64,000 nucleotides of DNA from Candidatus Bathyarchaeia archaeon (GCA_038727135.1 JAVYWL010000001.1:288001-352000); one strand, 5' to 3'; shown: positions 28,370 to 37,619, counted from the first letter of the stretch. Notes: a model not told the origin generated them from the letters alone. Numbers and translations are program-made.

Positions 28370-29110
28370 TCAGCTAACTTTTCTTTTAAGTAAACTTCTG
28401 TACAACACATACACTGTGTAAAAAGCATAAGCAACAAATAGCTTGGAAAGCTTCCTAAACGATCCGAAACGTAAATGTTCAATGAGTATTTGTATGCTCC
28501 CTCTTATTGTCCAAACTTCTGGAGATCTATAATGCATGCAGTAGGGGTCGTATGTTGCCACTAGCCTATACCCCTTTTTTTCTATCCAATCTTTGATGAA
28601 GGCATCTTCAAAAACGTGCAAATTCCTCGGGATATCTATGTCTTTAATGGCTTCGCGGCGCACAAGTAGATCGTGAGTCCCACCTCTTAAATCGAAAATT
28701 TTCCATGTTATTTTCAAGAAAAGCTTTAAAACAAGCGGATTTTGGATGCCTTCCCAGATTTCAATGCCCCAAACTCCTCCGACATCGTCTGCCAGGATGC
28801 TTTTGGCTTTTTCAAACCATTTATCGCAAAGGACAACATCACTATCGACAAAGACGAACCACTCAGCCTTAACCTCCTTTATGCCTTTCATCCTTGCGCT
28901 GCCACGTGTGCCATTGTCCATTAGTAAAACCACGTTTCCATACTTCTCTCTAAATTTTTCAATAATCTTTAATGTGGAGTCGGTTGAATATCCATCTACA
29001 ACTATTAAACGGTTTACTGGAATGTTTTTGTAGATGGAGTTTAGACATTTTTCTAGAACTCTTTCGCTGTTTTTTGTAAGCACCACAACGTCCACGCTTT
29101 CGATGGACAA
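28370..29110 (-). CDS. glycosyltransferase family 2
   Basis: IVVDGYSTDST, FVFVDSD, FED. Confidence 0.88.
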   Translation of the reverse strand: MSIESVDVVVLTKNSERVLEKCLNSIYKNIPVNRLIVVDGYSTDSTLKIIEKFREKYGNVVLLMDNGTRGSARMKGIKEVKAEWFVFVDSDVVLCDKWFEKAKSILADDVGGVWGIEIWEGIQNPLVLKLFLKITWKIFDLRGGTHDLLVRREAIKDIDIPRNLHVFEDAFIKDWIEKKGYRLVATYDPYCMHYRSPEVWTIRGSIQILIEHLRFGSFRKLSKLFVAYAFYTVYVLYRSLLKRKVS

Positions 29111-29271
29111 TCTGTCACCGTCTGCTGATAATTTATGGTGGCCAATTCCGAATGATAGTTGAAAGATTATAAAGATTTGTTGGTTTCCTATGATTCATGC
29201 TCATTGGGCACGCTAACAGTTTATATTTAAAGCCAAACATTGACTAATAAAATTGGTTAGGACACCTTCAA

Positions 29272-30318
29272 ATGGTGCACTCAATGTCTATAAGGAAGGC
29301 TTTAAGTATTGTTTCCCGGGTCTTGGCTCCGAATAAGCCTTATCATGTTCAATGGATGGTTACAAGAAGGTGCAATTATCGTTGTAGAGGATGCAATGTT
29401 TGGCGAGAGCAGGACAAGGAGGAGTTGTCAACTGAAGAGGTAAAACGTGGGCTGGATGTCCTTCGAAAACTTGGCGTTGTGGAGGTTTTGATATCTGGCG
29501 GTAACCCGCTTTTGAGGGAGGATATTGACGAGATAATCGAGTATGCATCACGTTACTTCTTTCTAACGGTCTATGATAATGGGAGCTTGGCAGCTGAAAA
29601 AATTGACGCTTTACGTCACGCGAATTTTGTTGCAATTTCAATAGATAGCCTAAACCCAGATAAAAACGACAGAATAAGGGGCGTTAAGGGGGCATGGAAA
29701 AGAGCCGTGGAGGCTGTAGAAAGACTTCATATGGAAGGAATTAACGTGAGCGTGACACCAACGATTTCGCAAGCCAACCTTTACGAGATTGTCGATTTCA
29801 CTAAATATTTCTTGGACAGAGGGATACCGGTCTGGTACTCCTTATACTCCTATGACTCGCCAGAAAATTTAAACTCTCTTTTCAAGATAGGCAAGGAGGA
29901 GGATGCCCTTCTAATAAGGGATAAGGAAGCCATGGTAAAAGTTTGCGATGCGCTTCTCGAAATGAAACGGAAAAACGACAATGTTTTGATTACGACAAAG
30001 GTTTTGGAAGCCGTTAAGCACCTTTATCTAGACAACAAGAGAATCTGGAAGTGCCGTGCCCTGCAGAATTTCTTTGTGGTAAATCATCGAGGCGAAGTTT
30101 CCGGCTGCCACCTTAACGAGCCGGTCGCCTCAATTTTTGAGCTGCCAGACCTTTGGGAAAGTGAAAAATTTGAAGCTCTTAGGAAAAAGTACAATGAATG
30201 CGAGAGATGCGCGTATCTTTGTTACATTTTCTATTCGGTTCACGGGAGTATTGCTGGCAACATTGAAATAGTTAGAGACAAGTGGCGCAGCGTAAGATTC
30301 TTCTTAAAAAGACGTTAA
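29272..30318 (+). CDS. radical SAM protein with C-terminal SPASM/Twitch-like cysteines
   Basis: CNYRCRGC, SGGNPLLR, WKCRA...GEVSGC...CERCAYLC. Confidence 0.88.
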   Translation: MVHSMSIRKALSIVSRVLAPNKPYHVQWMVTRRCNYRCRGCNVWREQDKEELSTEEVKRGLDVLRKLGVVEVLISGGNPLLREDIDEIIEYASRYFFLTVYDNGSLAAEKIDALRHANFVAISIDSLNPDKNDRIRGVKGAWKRAVEAVERLHMEGINVSVTPTISQANLYEIVDFTKYFLDRGIPVWYSLYSYDSPENLNSLFKIGKEEDALLIRDKEAMVKVCDALLEMKRKNDNVLITTKVLEAVKHLYLDNKRIWKCRALQNFFVVNHRGEVSGCHLNEPVASIFELPDLWESEKFEALRKKYNECERCAYLCYIFYSVHGSIAGNIEIVRDKWRSVRFFLKRR

Positions 30319-31295
30319 TACGCGGCATGTAATATTTCTAAAACAGCTCTTTCAACTGCTTGACGACTATTTAGTTTTGGCCTCCACCCAAGACTTTTGA
30401 GTCTTTTAATGTTTAAAAGCATGACTTTTACGTCGCCTTTCCAACCTCTCCCTCCATCAACGCCGCCGGTGAAAACATATTGCACATTTTTTAGTCCCAT
30501 TTTCGCGCAAACAATGTCTGCAATTTCTCTTACAACTATTTGGTCTTCAGAGCCTACATTGAATATGCTTACCCTTTCATTACTTGCTTCCAAACCTATT
30601 AAAATGGCATCTACACAATCCTCAACGTGTAGGTAAGATTTCATTTGAGTGCCATCACCGAGTATCTCCAGTCTTTCTGGGTTTTCTCTAAGCTTTTTTA
30701 TGAAATCATAAATGACCCCGTGCTGCGACCTTAAGCCTACAATGTTTGCCAGCCTGTAGATTATTGCTTTAAAGCCATACGTGTTAGCATAGGCCGATAT
30801 GAGGGCTTCAGCCGCAAGTTTAGAAGCACCGTAAGTTGAAAGGGGTTTTAGTGGTGCATAATCCTCCGGGGTTGGTATTGTTTCTGCATCTCCATAAACT
30901 GTTGAGGAAGAAGTGAAAACCAAGGTTTTGACAACCCCAACTTTGCGAATTGCTTCAAGGAGGTTAAATGTTGTAAGCACGTTTTGCTCGTAATGAATTT
31001 GGGGGTTTTCAGAACCAACACGAACTTCTGGGTTGGCGGCTAAATGGAAAACAGTATCACACCCGTTTATGGATTTAACAACCTCTTCGAGAGACAGCAA
31101 GTCACCACGTATGAATCTAAAGCCGGGCGTGCCCAACCACTTCCTTACATTTTCAATGGTACCCGAGCTTAAGTTGTCAAACACAATAACATCTTTGCCC
31201 ATTTTGCATAATCTATCGACTAGGTGGCTTCCTATGAAACCCGCGCCACCGGTTACCAAAATTTTTCCCAAATCTTGGCTTTGAAACATCTTCAT
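30315..31295 (-). CDS. NAD-dependent nucleotide-sugar epimerase/dehydratase (GalE-like)
   Basis: VTGGAGFIGSHL, SSSTVYG, YGASK, GWKGDV. Confidence 0.92.
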   Translation of the reverse strand: MKMFQSQDLGKILVTGGAGFIGSHLVDRLCKMGKDVIVFDNLSSGTIENVRKWLGTPGFRFIRGDLLSLEEVVKSINGCDTVFHLAANPEVRVGSENPQIHYEQNVLTTFNLLEAIRKVGVVKTLVFTSSSTVYGDAETIPTPEDYAPLKPLSTYGASKLAAEALISAYANTYGFKAIIYRLANIVGLRSQHGVIYDFIKKLRENPERLEILGDGTQMKSYLHVEDCVDAILIGLEASNERVSIFNVGSEDQIVVREIADIVCAKMGLKNVQYVFTGGVDGGRGWKGDVKVMLLNIKRLKSLGWRPKLNSRQAVERAVLEILHAAY

Positions 31296-31345
31296 CCTTC
31301 AAAGGATTTCATATTTCAAGAGGACTATAGGCATATTTATTTTTG

Positions 31346-32383
31346 TTATTGTTTTTGCCTTGTTAGCGCTAACCACAAGTGGTCGCATTTTGGACGCGGA
31401 AGGCTTGTTTCACGTTTATCTTTGTGAACCATTACACGCCTACTCGGGTCTTTTAAAAACTCGCCAACTACGGACGCCTCAATTTTCTCTTCCTTCAATT
31501 TCTCAATGATGTGTTCTGCGTATTCTGGTTTTGCCGCAATGAGCATAGCTCCGGAACTTATCAGTTGCAGCGGGTCTATCTCCAAATGTCTGCAAATCTC
31601 CAATGTTTCCTTTGCCACTGGAATTTTTTCTTCAAAAACTTTAACGCCCAAGTTTGAAGCATCCGCCATCTCGTGAATGCCGCCTAGAACACCGCCTTCT
31701 GTTGGATCATGCATTGCATCTACTCCTCCAGTTTTAAAGGCTGTTATGCCATCTTTAACAACACTTATTTTCTCAAAAAACTTCCGTGCAGACTTTAAAA
31801 GCCGGTCGTTGGCGCCCATGTTTAAAAGAAGTTCGTAGCGTTCAGTTGCGAGTATGGCCGTCCCTTCTATGCCAGCGCTTTTCGTCAATATTAATTTGTC
31901 CCCGGGTTTGGCTCCACCAGCAGTGACATAACATCCTTTGTCCGTTATTCCCAAAGCGCACCCTATAACAATCGGATTGATAAGTTCTGGTGTTACTTCA
32001 CAGTGTCCCCCAATAATCGCCATTTTTAAATCTCTTGCAGCCGCATCCATTTGAGAACATATAACCTCAATGGTTTTCCGGTCAGCCTCTTCTGGAAGTA
32101 ATATACATGAAAGGAAGAAGGCTGGTTCCACACCGAAAGTGGCGACATCATTTGCATTAATGTTCACGGCAAGCCAACCAATACGCTCAACAGCACCAGT
32201 AATGGGGTCCATTGAAGCCACCAGAGATTTCTCGCCTAAATCTATGACTGCACCATCATAGCCGGCTGAAGGCCCAATAATAACTTCATTACGTTTGTAA
32301 CCTAAATTCTTGAAGACAACTTCTTCTAATATTTCTATGGGAACTTTTCCAAATGGCAGTTCCAACTTTGATTCCTCAAGCAA
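31346..32383 (-). CDS. AIR synthase-related protein (PurM/ThiL/SelD/HypE fold), function unknown
   Basis: DPITGA, NANDVA, IIGGHCEV, KPGDKLIL, MHDPTEGG; lacks the C-terminal PRIC of HypE. Confidence 0.85.
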   Translation of the reverse strand: MLEESKLELPFGKVPIEILEEVVFKNLGYKRNEVIIGPSAGYDGAVIDLGEKSLVASMDPITGAVERIGWLAVNINANDVATFGVEPAFFLSCILLPEEADRKTIEVICSQMDAAARDLKMAIIGGHCEVTPELINPIVIGCALGITDKGCYVTAGGAKPGDKLILTKSAGIEGTAILATERYELLLNMGANDRLLKSARKFFEKISVVKDGITAFKTGGVDAMHDPTEGGVLGGIHEMADASNLGVKVFEEKIPVAKETLEICRHLEIDPLQLISSGAMLIAAKPEYAEHIIEKLKEEKIEASVVGEFLKDPSRRVMVHKDKRETSLPRPKCDHLWLALTRQKQ

Positions 32384-32396
32384 GTATTTTCTGCTT

Positions 32397-33149
32397 TTAG
32401 CTTTTAAGTTGTGGTAGAGCTTGCCTTACAATCCGAACAATAGGTGTAGCAACAATCACGCCTATAGTCATTTGCCCAATGTTTACAGGAACTTCTGCGA
32501 AGGCGAAGACTCCGAGGAAAAATTGCTCGTAAAGGAAGTAGCCAAAAACCATCAAAAACCCTCCAAAGATGCACGCTATTATCGTTAAACTGAATTCAGG
32601 TTCAGATATTAAGGCTAAGACCGTGATAATAATGAATGAGAGAACCCCTACCCCTAACCAAAACTCGACTGGGATAAAAAAGGTTGATGCGGGATTTTCT
32701 ATGGAAACCATACCTGAATAAAGTTCGACAAAACCACTGTAATAGAGAAAGCCAATGAGGCTAATTAGCATTCCTATAAGTATGCCTATCTCAGTTGTGA
32801 AAATCCTCCACTCCCTTTTGGTATGGGACTTGACGAAAACCTGCGCCTTTCGACTAAGAAAACCAGCTAGAAAACCCTCCAAAGCTTTAATTACCAAAGT
32901 TGCTGGGGCATAATAGTAATAGCCGAGGAAAACGTCTGCGAGCATAGAGCCAACGCCACCAGCAAAGGCTCCTACAAAGGGTCCGAAAAGTAAGGCTGCT
33001 GTATAAACCATCGTCTCTCCGATGTTAAAGTAGCCTTTAGTGCTGGGTACATAAATTGTAAAGCTTATCGTTGCTATGCAAACAAGGGCTGTAAAAACAC
33101 CCGTAATACTTAATCGCCTTGCCAATTCTGCAGAAGATTTTGATAGCAT
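32397..33149 (-). CDS. ECF transporter S component (HmpT/PdxU2-like)
   Basis: GYFNIGETMVYTAALLFGP, GGVGSMLAD, YAPATLVIKALEG, EVPVNIGQ; extra internal TM segments. Confidence 0.85.
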   Translation of the reverse strand: MLSKSSAELARRLSITGVFTALVCIATISFTIYVPSTKGYFNIGETMVYTAALLFGPFVGAFAGGVGSMLADVFLGYYYYAPATLVIKALEGFLAGFLSRKAQVFVKSHTKREWRIFTTEIGILIGMLISLIGFLYYSGFVELYSGMVSIENPASTFFIPVEFWLGVGVLSFIIITVLALISEPEFSLTIIACIFGGFLMVFGYFLYEQFFLGVFAFAEVPVNIGQMTIGVIVATPIVRIVRQALPQLKS

Positions 33150-33167
33150 AACGCGAACCTCTTTTTG

Positions 33168-33191
33168 ATAGTATAGCTACAACTATACTAT
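33168..33191. promoter_or_regulatory. perfect 9-6-9 palindrome (candidate operator) abutting the TATA box of the ECF-S gene
   Basis: ATAGTATAG-ctacaa-CTATACTAT, immediately downstream on the minus strand of TTTAAA (33192-33197) and 18 nt before the ATG at 33149. Confidence 0.7.
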
Positions 33192-33222
33192 TTTAAATTT
33201 ATGTTCCCGACTGCGTGGAAAA

Positions 33223-34626
33223 CTATAGGAGAAGTTTTAAGTTGTCGAACGCATGGAGGGCTTTCATTCCACGTTTTGTTATTTTAAAATACTTTCGCCC
33301 ATCTTTTTCATAACTTGAAATCAGCCCATTCTTTGAAAGTTCGGTTAAATGTTGGTAGATTGCCGCTCTTGTCATCATTTTTCCGAGTTTTTTCCATAAT
33401 TCATATCCGTAGGCATCCCCTTCACATAAAATTCTCAGTATTTTCTCTTTTGTGCTAAGCTCTAACCCAACCACAGCCGTTTTCCTTCTTTTGGTTAAGG
33501 CTTGGAGAATGTCTGTCGCCTTTAGCCCACTTCCAGTTATTAAGCATACAACTTTGTCCTTTTTGTCAATCACCCGTTCGTTCACAAGCTTTTTGAGCGC
33601 TGCGTAGGTTGCTGCGCTTGCTGGCTCGGCGAAGACTCCTTCATGCTTTGCAATTTCTTGTTCTGCTAAAAAAATTTCCTCGTCTGAAACTGATGTGGCG
33701 GTTCCTTTGGATTCTTTGATGGCTTTAAGGGCTAGTTTGCCATACCAAGGGTTTTTAACGAGGATAGCAAGCGCGCGGGTTGAAGGTTTTGTTTTGAGGG
33801 CTGGCTCCTCAAGGTTTTGCGTATACGCCCTAACTATTGGCGAGCATCCTTCGGCTTGAACGCCGACCATCTTTGGGAGAGAGTGTACTTCGCCTTTTAT
33901 TCCAAGCTCTTTGAAGCCTTTCCAAATGGCATATAGTGCTCCACCGCTTCCCATGGAGGCTATAAACCAGTCTGGAACACCCATCTGCTCGTAAACTTCG
34001 TAGGCTATGGTTTTTAGGGCTTCTATGGATAAGGGATTAAATTCGGCGGATCCTTGATACCAGTCCATTTCTTTGGCTAGCTCATCTGCTCTTTTCAGCG
34101 AATCGTCCACTATTTCCCCATACTCTTCGATCACGGCATCGTAGATGAGCATTTGGGCAAGTTTTCCCATATCCACATTTTTCGGCACTATAACATGACA
34201 TGTTAATCCAGACTTGGCGCAGTATGCGGCTAAAGAAGCCCCAAGGTTCCCATTTGTAGCGCACACAACCGACTTATACTCCAAATCTATGGCGTTAGAA
34301 ACAATTAGGGCGGCACATCTATCTCTAAAAGAGTTCGTTGGATTTCGCGTTTCATCCTTAAAGTATAAATTGTTTAGCCCAGCGTTTTTAGCAAGCCTTC
34401 TCGCCCTAATGAGAGGGGTACCCCCTTCCCCCATGGAGACAACATTTCTAACTTTTGGCAAGAATCTCTTGTAACGCCAAAAAATGAAGGGCCCAACGAA
34501 TTTCGCTTTTTTAAGGGTTTCATCATCGCATTTATACTCTAGGGGACTGTCACATTCCTCGCAACTATATTGCGGCGGGTAAGCTTCAAACCTTGTGCCG
34601 CATGCTGTGCATTCCAGATAGAACAT
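33223..34626 (-). CDS. threonine-synthase-like (PLP fold II) domain fused to C-terminal PadR-type winged helix
   Basis: CTACG...CEECD Zn ribbon, SMGEGGTPL, NPTNSFRDR, EPASAA, ITGSGLK; then ILRILCEGDAYGYELWK...AIYQHLTELSKNGLI...RKYFKITKRG. Confidence 0.85.
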   Translation of the reverse strand: MFYLECTACGTRFEAYPPQYSCEECDSPLEYKCDDETLKKAKFVGPFIFWRYKRFLPKVRNVVSMGEGGTPLIRARRLAKNAGLNNLYFKDETRNPTNSFRDRCAALIVSNAIDLEYKSVVCATNGNLGASLAAYCAKSGLTCHVIVPKNVDMGKLAQMLIYDAVIEEYGEIVDDSLKRADELAKEMDWYQGSAEFNPLSIEALKTIAYEVYEQMGVPDWFIASMGSGGALYAIWKGFKELGIKGEVHSLPKMVGVQAEGCSPIVRAYTQNLEEPALKTKPSTRALAILVKNPWYGKLALKAIKESKGTATSVSDEEIFLAEQEIAKHEGVFAEPASAATYAALKKLVNERVIDKKDKVVCLITGSGLKATDILQALTKRRKTAVVGLELSTKEKILRILCEGDAYGYELWKKLGKMMTRAAIYQHLTELSKNGLISSYEKDGRKYFKITKRGMKALHAFDNLKLLL

Positions 34627-34697
34627 TATTTTGCCTCGTCTCTCTTTCTAACCATCATATTTAACAGTCCCGTCTATGAGGCTTTCTAAATTTTGGT

Positions 34698-34949
34698 TTA
34701 AGATTCCAAACTTGGAAGGATTGCAATTATTTCTGCAACCCGCCTTATGGTTGCCCAGTCAAATTTGGCGTCGCTCTCCATATTAACTAAAAGATTAATC
34801 CCGTTCTGCCCGTCTCTTTCCAGTGTTTTTGGGCCTGCATCCTTTGGCTTTTTAAGCTCCATAATTGCTGGCAGAAGCATAATTATGATGAAGGTTATAA
34901 CTCCAAAAAACAACATTACAGCCGACGTTAAAGCCGAAGCCGGAACCAT
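34698..34949 (-). CDS. small single-TM hypothetical protein
   Basis: One TM followed by PAIMELKKPKDAGP; starts 3 nt after the GT2 stop. Confidence 0.65.
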   Translation of the reverse strand: MVPASALTSAVMLFFGVITFIIIMLLPAIMELKKPKDAGPKTLERDGQNGINLLVNMESDAKFDWATIRRVAEIIAILPSLES

Positions 34950-34952
34950 TCT

Positions 34953-36275
34953 CTACCTTTCTAAATGTTTGATGCAGTTCATAATATAACAGTTTCCATT
35001 GCCTGAATGCTCAGTCTTCGCCCAATGGTTGTTGTTTTTCTTTGTAATTTTTGAGAACAGAAGGTCGATGAGGGCTTTTGTACATATGGGAATGTTATAT
35101 AAAAGTGTGAAGAGAAGTAGGGGGATAAGCCACTGCGCCCTCTTTCTGCCGTCAAGATAAGCCCCAACACCAATCTCATAAAATGGGGCAAAGTTCCCAA
35201 TAGAACTGTAGAGGGCGATGGAGGATGCCGCCCAAAATGAGGTGGACCATTGTGAAAATTTCAGAAAGGTTAGCGCCGCCCCAATTATCCATGAAAGAAG
35301 GACGACAACGGGGAGAAAATAGACGCCGAGCAGAAGTAGGCCGTCAATTTTCTCTTTAAATCCGAGCTCTCTGCTTTTTAGAACTTTAAGCCAATGTTTA
35401 AAGGCGCATTGCATATGCCCTTTTGCCCACCTGTATCGTTGTCTCCAGTAGGCTCGCCAGTTTTCAACAGCCTCTTCGTAGCATTCCGCATCGCCAACAT
35501 ACTTAACCTTGTAACCAGCGAGGTAAACACGGAAAGTTAGATCGGTGTCCTCTGCCAAAATATTTTCGTCCCATCCGCCAAGAGATTCCAAAAGAACGCG
35601 CCTAAAACCTCCGACAGTTCCTCCGAATTGAGTTATTAAGCCGAGGGTGTCGCGGGCTTCTTGGTCGACGCGGTATCCGCCTATCCTTTCAAGGGCAACA
35701 AGCCTCGTGACAATGTTCTGCGGCTCGTTGAGCACAACAACCCTGCCTTGAACGGCTCCAACTTTTGGGTCCTTAAACTCTTTCACAAGTTTTTCCACAA
35801 TGTCCCTTTGCGGATAGTAGTCAGCATCAAAACACAATACTATTTCGCCATCAGCCAGCTTCATTCCAGCGTTTAAGGCGGAAGCCTTCCCGCGACCACC
35901 CTCTTCTTTATCTCTTCTCACAACAAGTATGTAAGGATGAATCCTCGAATACTGTTCTGCTATTATTCCAGTTCTATCTGTTGAAGCGTCATCTATCACT
36001 ATTATCTGCAACTTATCCTTAGGATATGTCAGCTCCGTCATTCTTTGGAGAATCCGTCCAATAACACGTTCTTCGTTGCGGGCAGGTATCAAAATTGACA
36101 CTTTTGGTTGATAATATGGGTCCGCAATTTCAGCTGCATTAATGCTTTCTCCATTTCTCTTTGATTTCTTGGCAACTGTAAATGTGAAAATGTAGTGGCG
36201 AACAAGGTATGCCACCATCAAAGCTGTCGACAAAATAAGTAATGCCTCTAAAATTTCTGTTATCAAGTTTTCCAC
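34953..36275 (-). CDS. processive membrane GT2 glycosyltransferase (IcaA/PgaC/cellulose-synthase-like)
   Basis: PARNE, DDASTD, GKASALN, FDAD, AEDTD, RQRYRW (QxxRW), flanking TM helices. Confidence 0.9.
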   Translation of the reverse strand: MENLITEILEALLILSTALMVAYLVRHYIFTFTVAKKSKRNGESINAAEIADPYYQPKVSILIPARNEERVIGRILQRMTELTYPKDKLQIIVIDDASTDRTGIIAEQYSRIHPYILVVRRDKEEGGRGKASALNAGMKLADGEIVLCFDADYYPQRDIVEKLVKEFKDPKVGAVQGRVVVLNEPQNIVTRLVALERIGGYRVDQEARDTLGLITQFGGTVGGFRRVLLESLGGWDENILAEDTDLTFRVYLAGYKVKYVGDAECYEEAVENWRAYWRQRYRWAKGHMQCAFKHWLKVLKSRELGFKEKIDGLLLLGVYFLPVVVLLSWIIGAALTFLKFSQWSTSFWAASSIALYSSIGNFAPFYEIGVGAYLDGRKRAQWLIPLLLFTLLYNIPICTKALIDLLFSKITKKNNNHWAKTEHSGNGNCYIMNCIKHLER

Positions 36276-36658
36276 CGTTTTCTCTCTCTTGTTTCAGTTA
36301 AAAAGGTCAGACTTGTGGACCAAAACGCTACAACCCACAAAACATTCAACATCGGACTTAAAATAATGTACAAAGTGTTAAGCACTACATCCATATGCAC
36401 AATAGCTAAGTGGACGAACGAATAGAAGATGGTGCTCCAAATGAAGCTTAGGATGTTGCCCAACAAAAGTATTGCCGCTTTTCTTTCCAAGGAACTTTTT
36501 AATGGTATAAGAATTAGCAGAAACAGAAAGTTAAATGTAAGCAGTGTTTGAGTTGTCTCCTCAGGTATTGGAAGGAGCCCATAAAGAGTTAGGAGGATAA
36601 AAGCCGCAATAAATGCAGAGCAGAAAATCAGTGTTTTCAAGCTCTCCAATCTCCGCAT
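36263..36658 (-). CDS. four-TM hypothetical membrane protein
   Basis: Four hydrophobic helices; overlaps the GT2 start. Confidence 0.7.
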   Translation of the reverse strand: MRRLESLKTLIFCSAFIAAFILLTLYGLLPIPEETTQTLLTFNFLFLLILIPLKSSLERKAAILLLGNILSFIWSTIFYSFVHLAIVHMDVVLNTLYIILSPMLNVLWVVAFWSTSLTFLTETRERKRWKT

Positions 36659-36733
36659 ATAGTTTAGATTCTGATTTAGATTTTAGTTCTAGAGGAATCT
36701 TATAGAAGTTTTTTCTCTATCAGTTTAAAAAAT

Positions 36734-37324
36734 TTACGCGAAATTCCGCTTACCAAAAATTAGCTTGTCTAGAACCAAGCTTAAGACTTGAAAAACTTCT
36801 TCAGCTGATAAGTTGTCAGTGTCTAATACCATGTGGAAGGGGGTGAAATCTTCGCCTAACTTGAAACCATAAAGCTTCTCATAAATCGCTTTTGTCTTCT
36901 CTTCCTTCTTTCTTAAGGCCTTTAATGCCTCTTTTACGGTTATTTTGTCTCTTTTCGCTACTCTTTCAGCTCTTTTTCTTGGCGATGCTTCAAGCCATAT
37001 TTTAAACCCTTTTTCTAGAAGCCACGGCATTGTCCAACTGTCTAGAACAACGTTTCCCTGTTTTGCGATCTCCAAAAGCTTCTGGTCCACAGCCTTGTCA
37101 AATTCGGGGTTTTTCTCCCGCTTTTCTAGAAATGAGAGGCCTTCCTTGCTTTCCCACCAACCGTGCCCCGCTGGCTTATAACCCCTTTCTAAAGCCAGAG
37201 CCTTTAGAGCGTCCCCGCCTGAATAGTATTTTAATCCATACTTTTCAGCCAGTTTTTTGGCTAGTGTGCTTTTTCCGCTTCCAGCCATCCCACAAACACA
37301 TATAACCAACGGTTCCTTCGCCAT
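36734..37324 (-). CDS. cmk: cytidylate kinase (archaeal)
   Basis: GMAGSGKSTLAK P-loop, DKAVD, KIWLEAS; follows rpl34e. Confidence 0.88.
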   Translation of the reverse strand: MAKEPLVICVCGMAGSGKSTLAKKLAEKYGLKYYSGGDALKALALERGYKPAGHGWWESKEGLSFLEKREKNPEFDKAVDQKLLEIAKQGNVVLDSWTMPWLLEKGFKIWLEASPRKRAERVAKRDKITVKEALKALRKKEEKTKAIYEKLYGFKLGEDFTPFHMVLDTDNLSAEEVFQVLSLVLDKLIFGKRNFA

Positions 37325-37334
37325 ACCGAGAGCC

Positions 37335-37613
37335 TCATGCAGCACTAAGCGTTCGCACCGCTTGCTTTAGAGCCGTTTTCAAGCAGTTGTGGCAGAGGTG
37401 CCCACCATAAATCCTTGAAATGCTCCTCTTTGTCTTGTTGAGCTTTCTTATCTCGTGTGGGAGGAGACGGGGAACTCCAGACAAAGGCTTGCCGCACTTA
37501 GCACAGCCACCGCCCCTTGGAACTTCGCGTTTAAAGTGCAAGCCTGTGCGTCCTCCAGGTAAAGCCTTAAGAACACGTTTTCGACTGCGGGTGCGTTGGT
37601 ATGGTCTAGGCAT
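37335..37613 (-). CDS. rpl34e: 50S ribosomal protein L34e
   Basis: PGGRT, CAKCGKPLSGVP, RIYGGHLCHNCL. Confidence 0.93.
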   Translation of the reverse strand: MPRPYQRTRSRKRVLKALPGGRTGLHFKREVPRGGGCAKCGKPLSGVPRLLPHEIRKLNKTKRSISRIYGGHLCHNCLKTALKQAVRTLSAA

Positions 37614-37619
37614 ATCACA

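Noticed and set aside
724-30318. Repeated short overlaps of convergent gene ends (724-737, 4801-4804, 9118-9131, 12829-12832, 14698-14714, 30315-30318)
   Set aside because: Common in compact archaeal genomes; no evidence for a specific antisense function
31346-32383. Second hypE
   Set aside because: Lacks the HGAGG N-terminus and the essential C-terminal PRIC; the true hypE is at 48948-50018
33223-34626. Ordinary threonine synthase thrC
   Set aside because: PLP-binding Lys is Arg and a PadR-type domain is fused; symbol withheld
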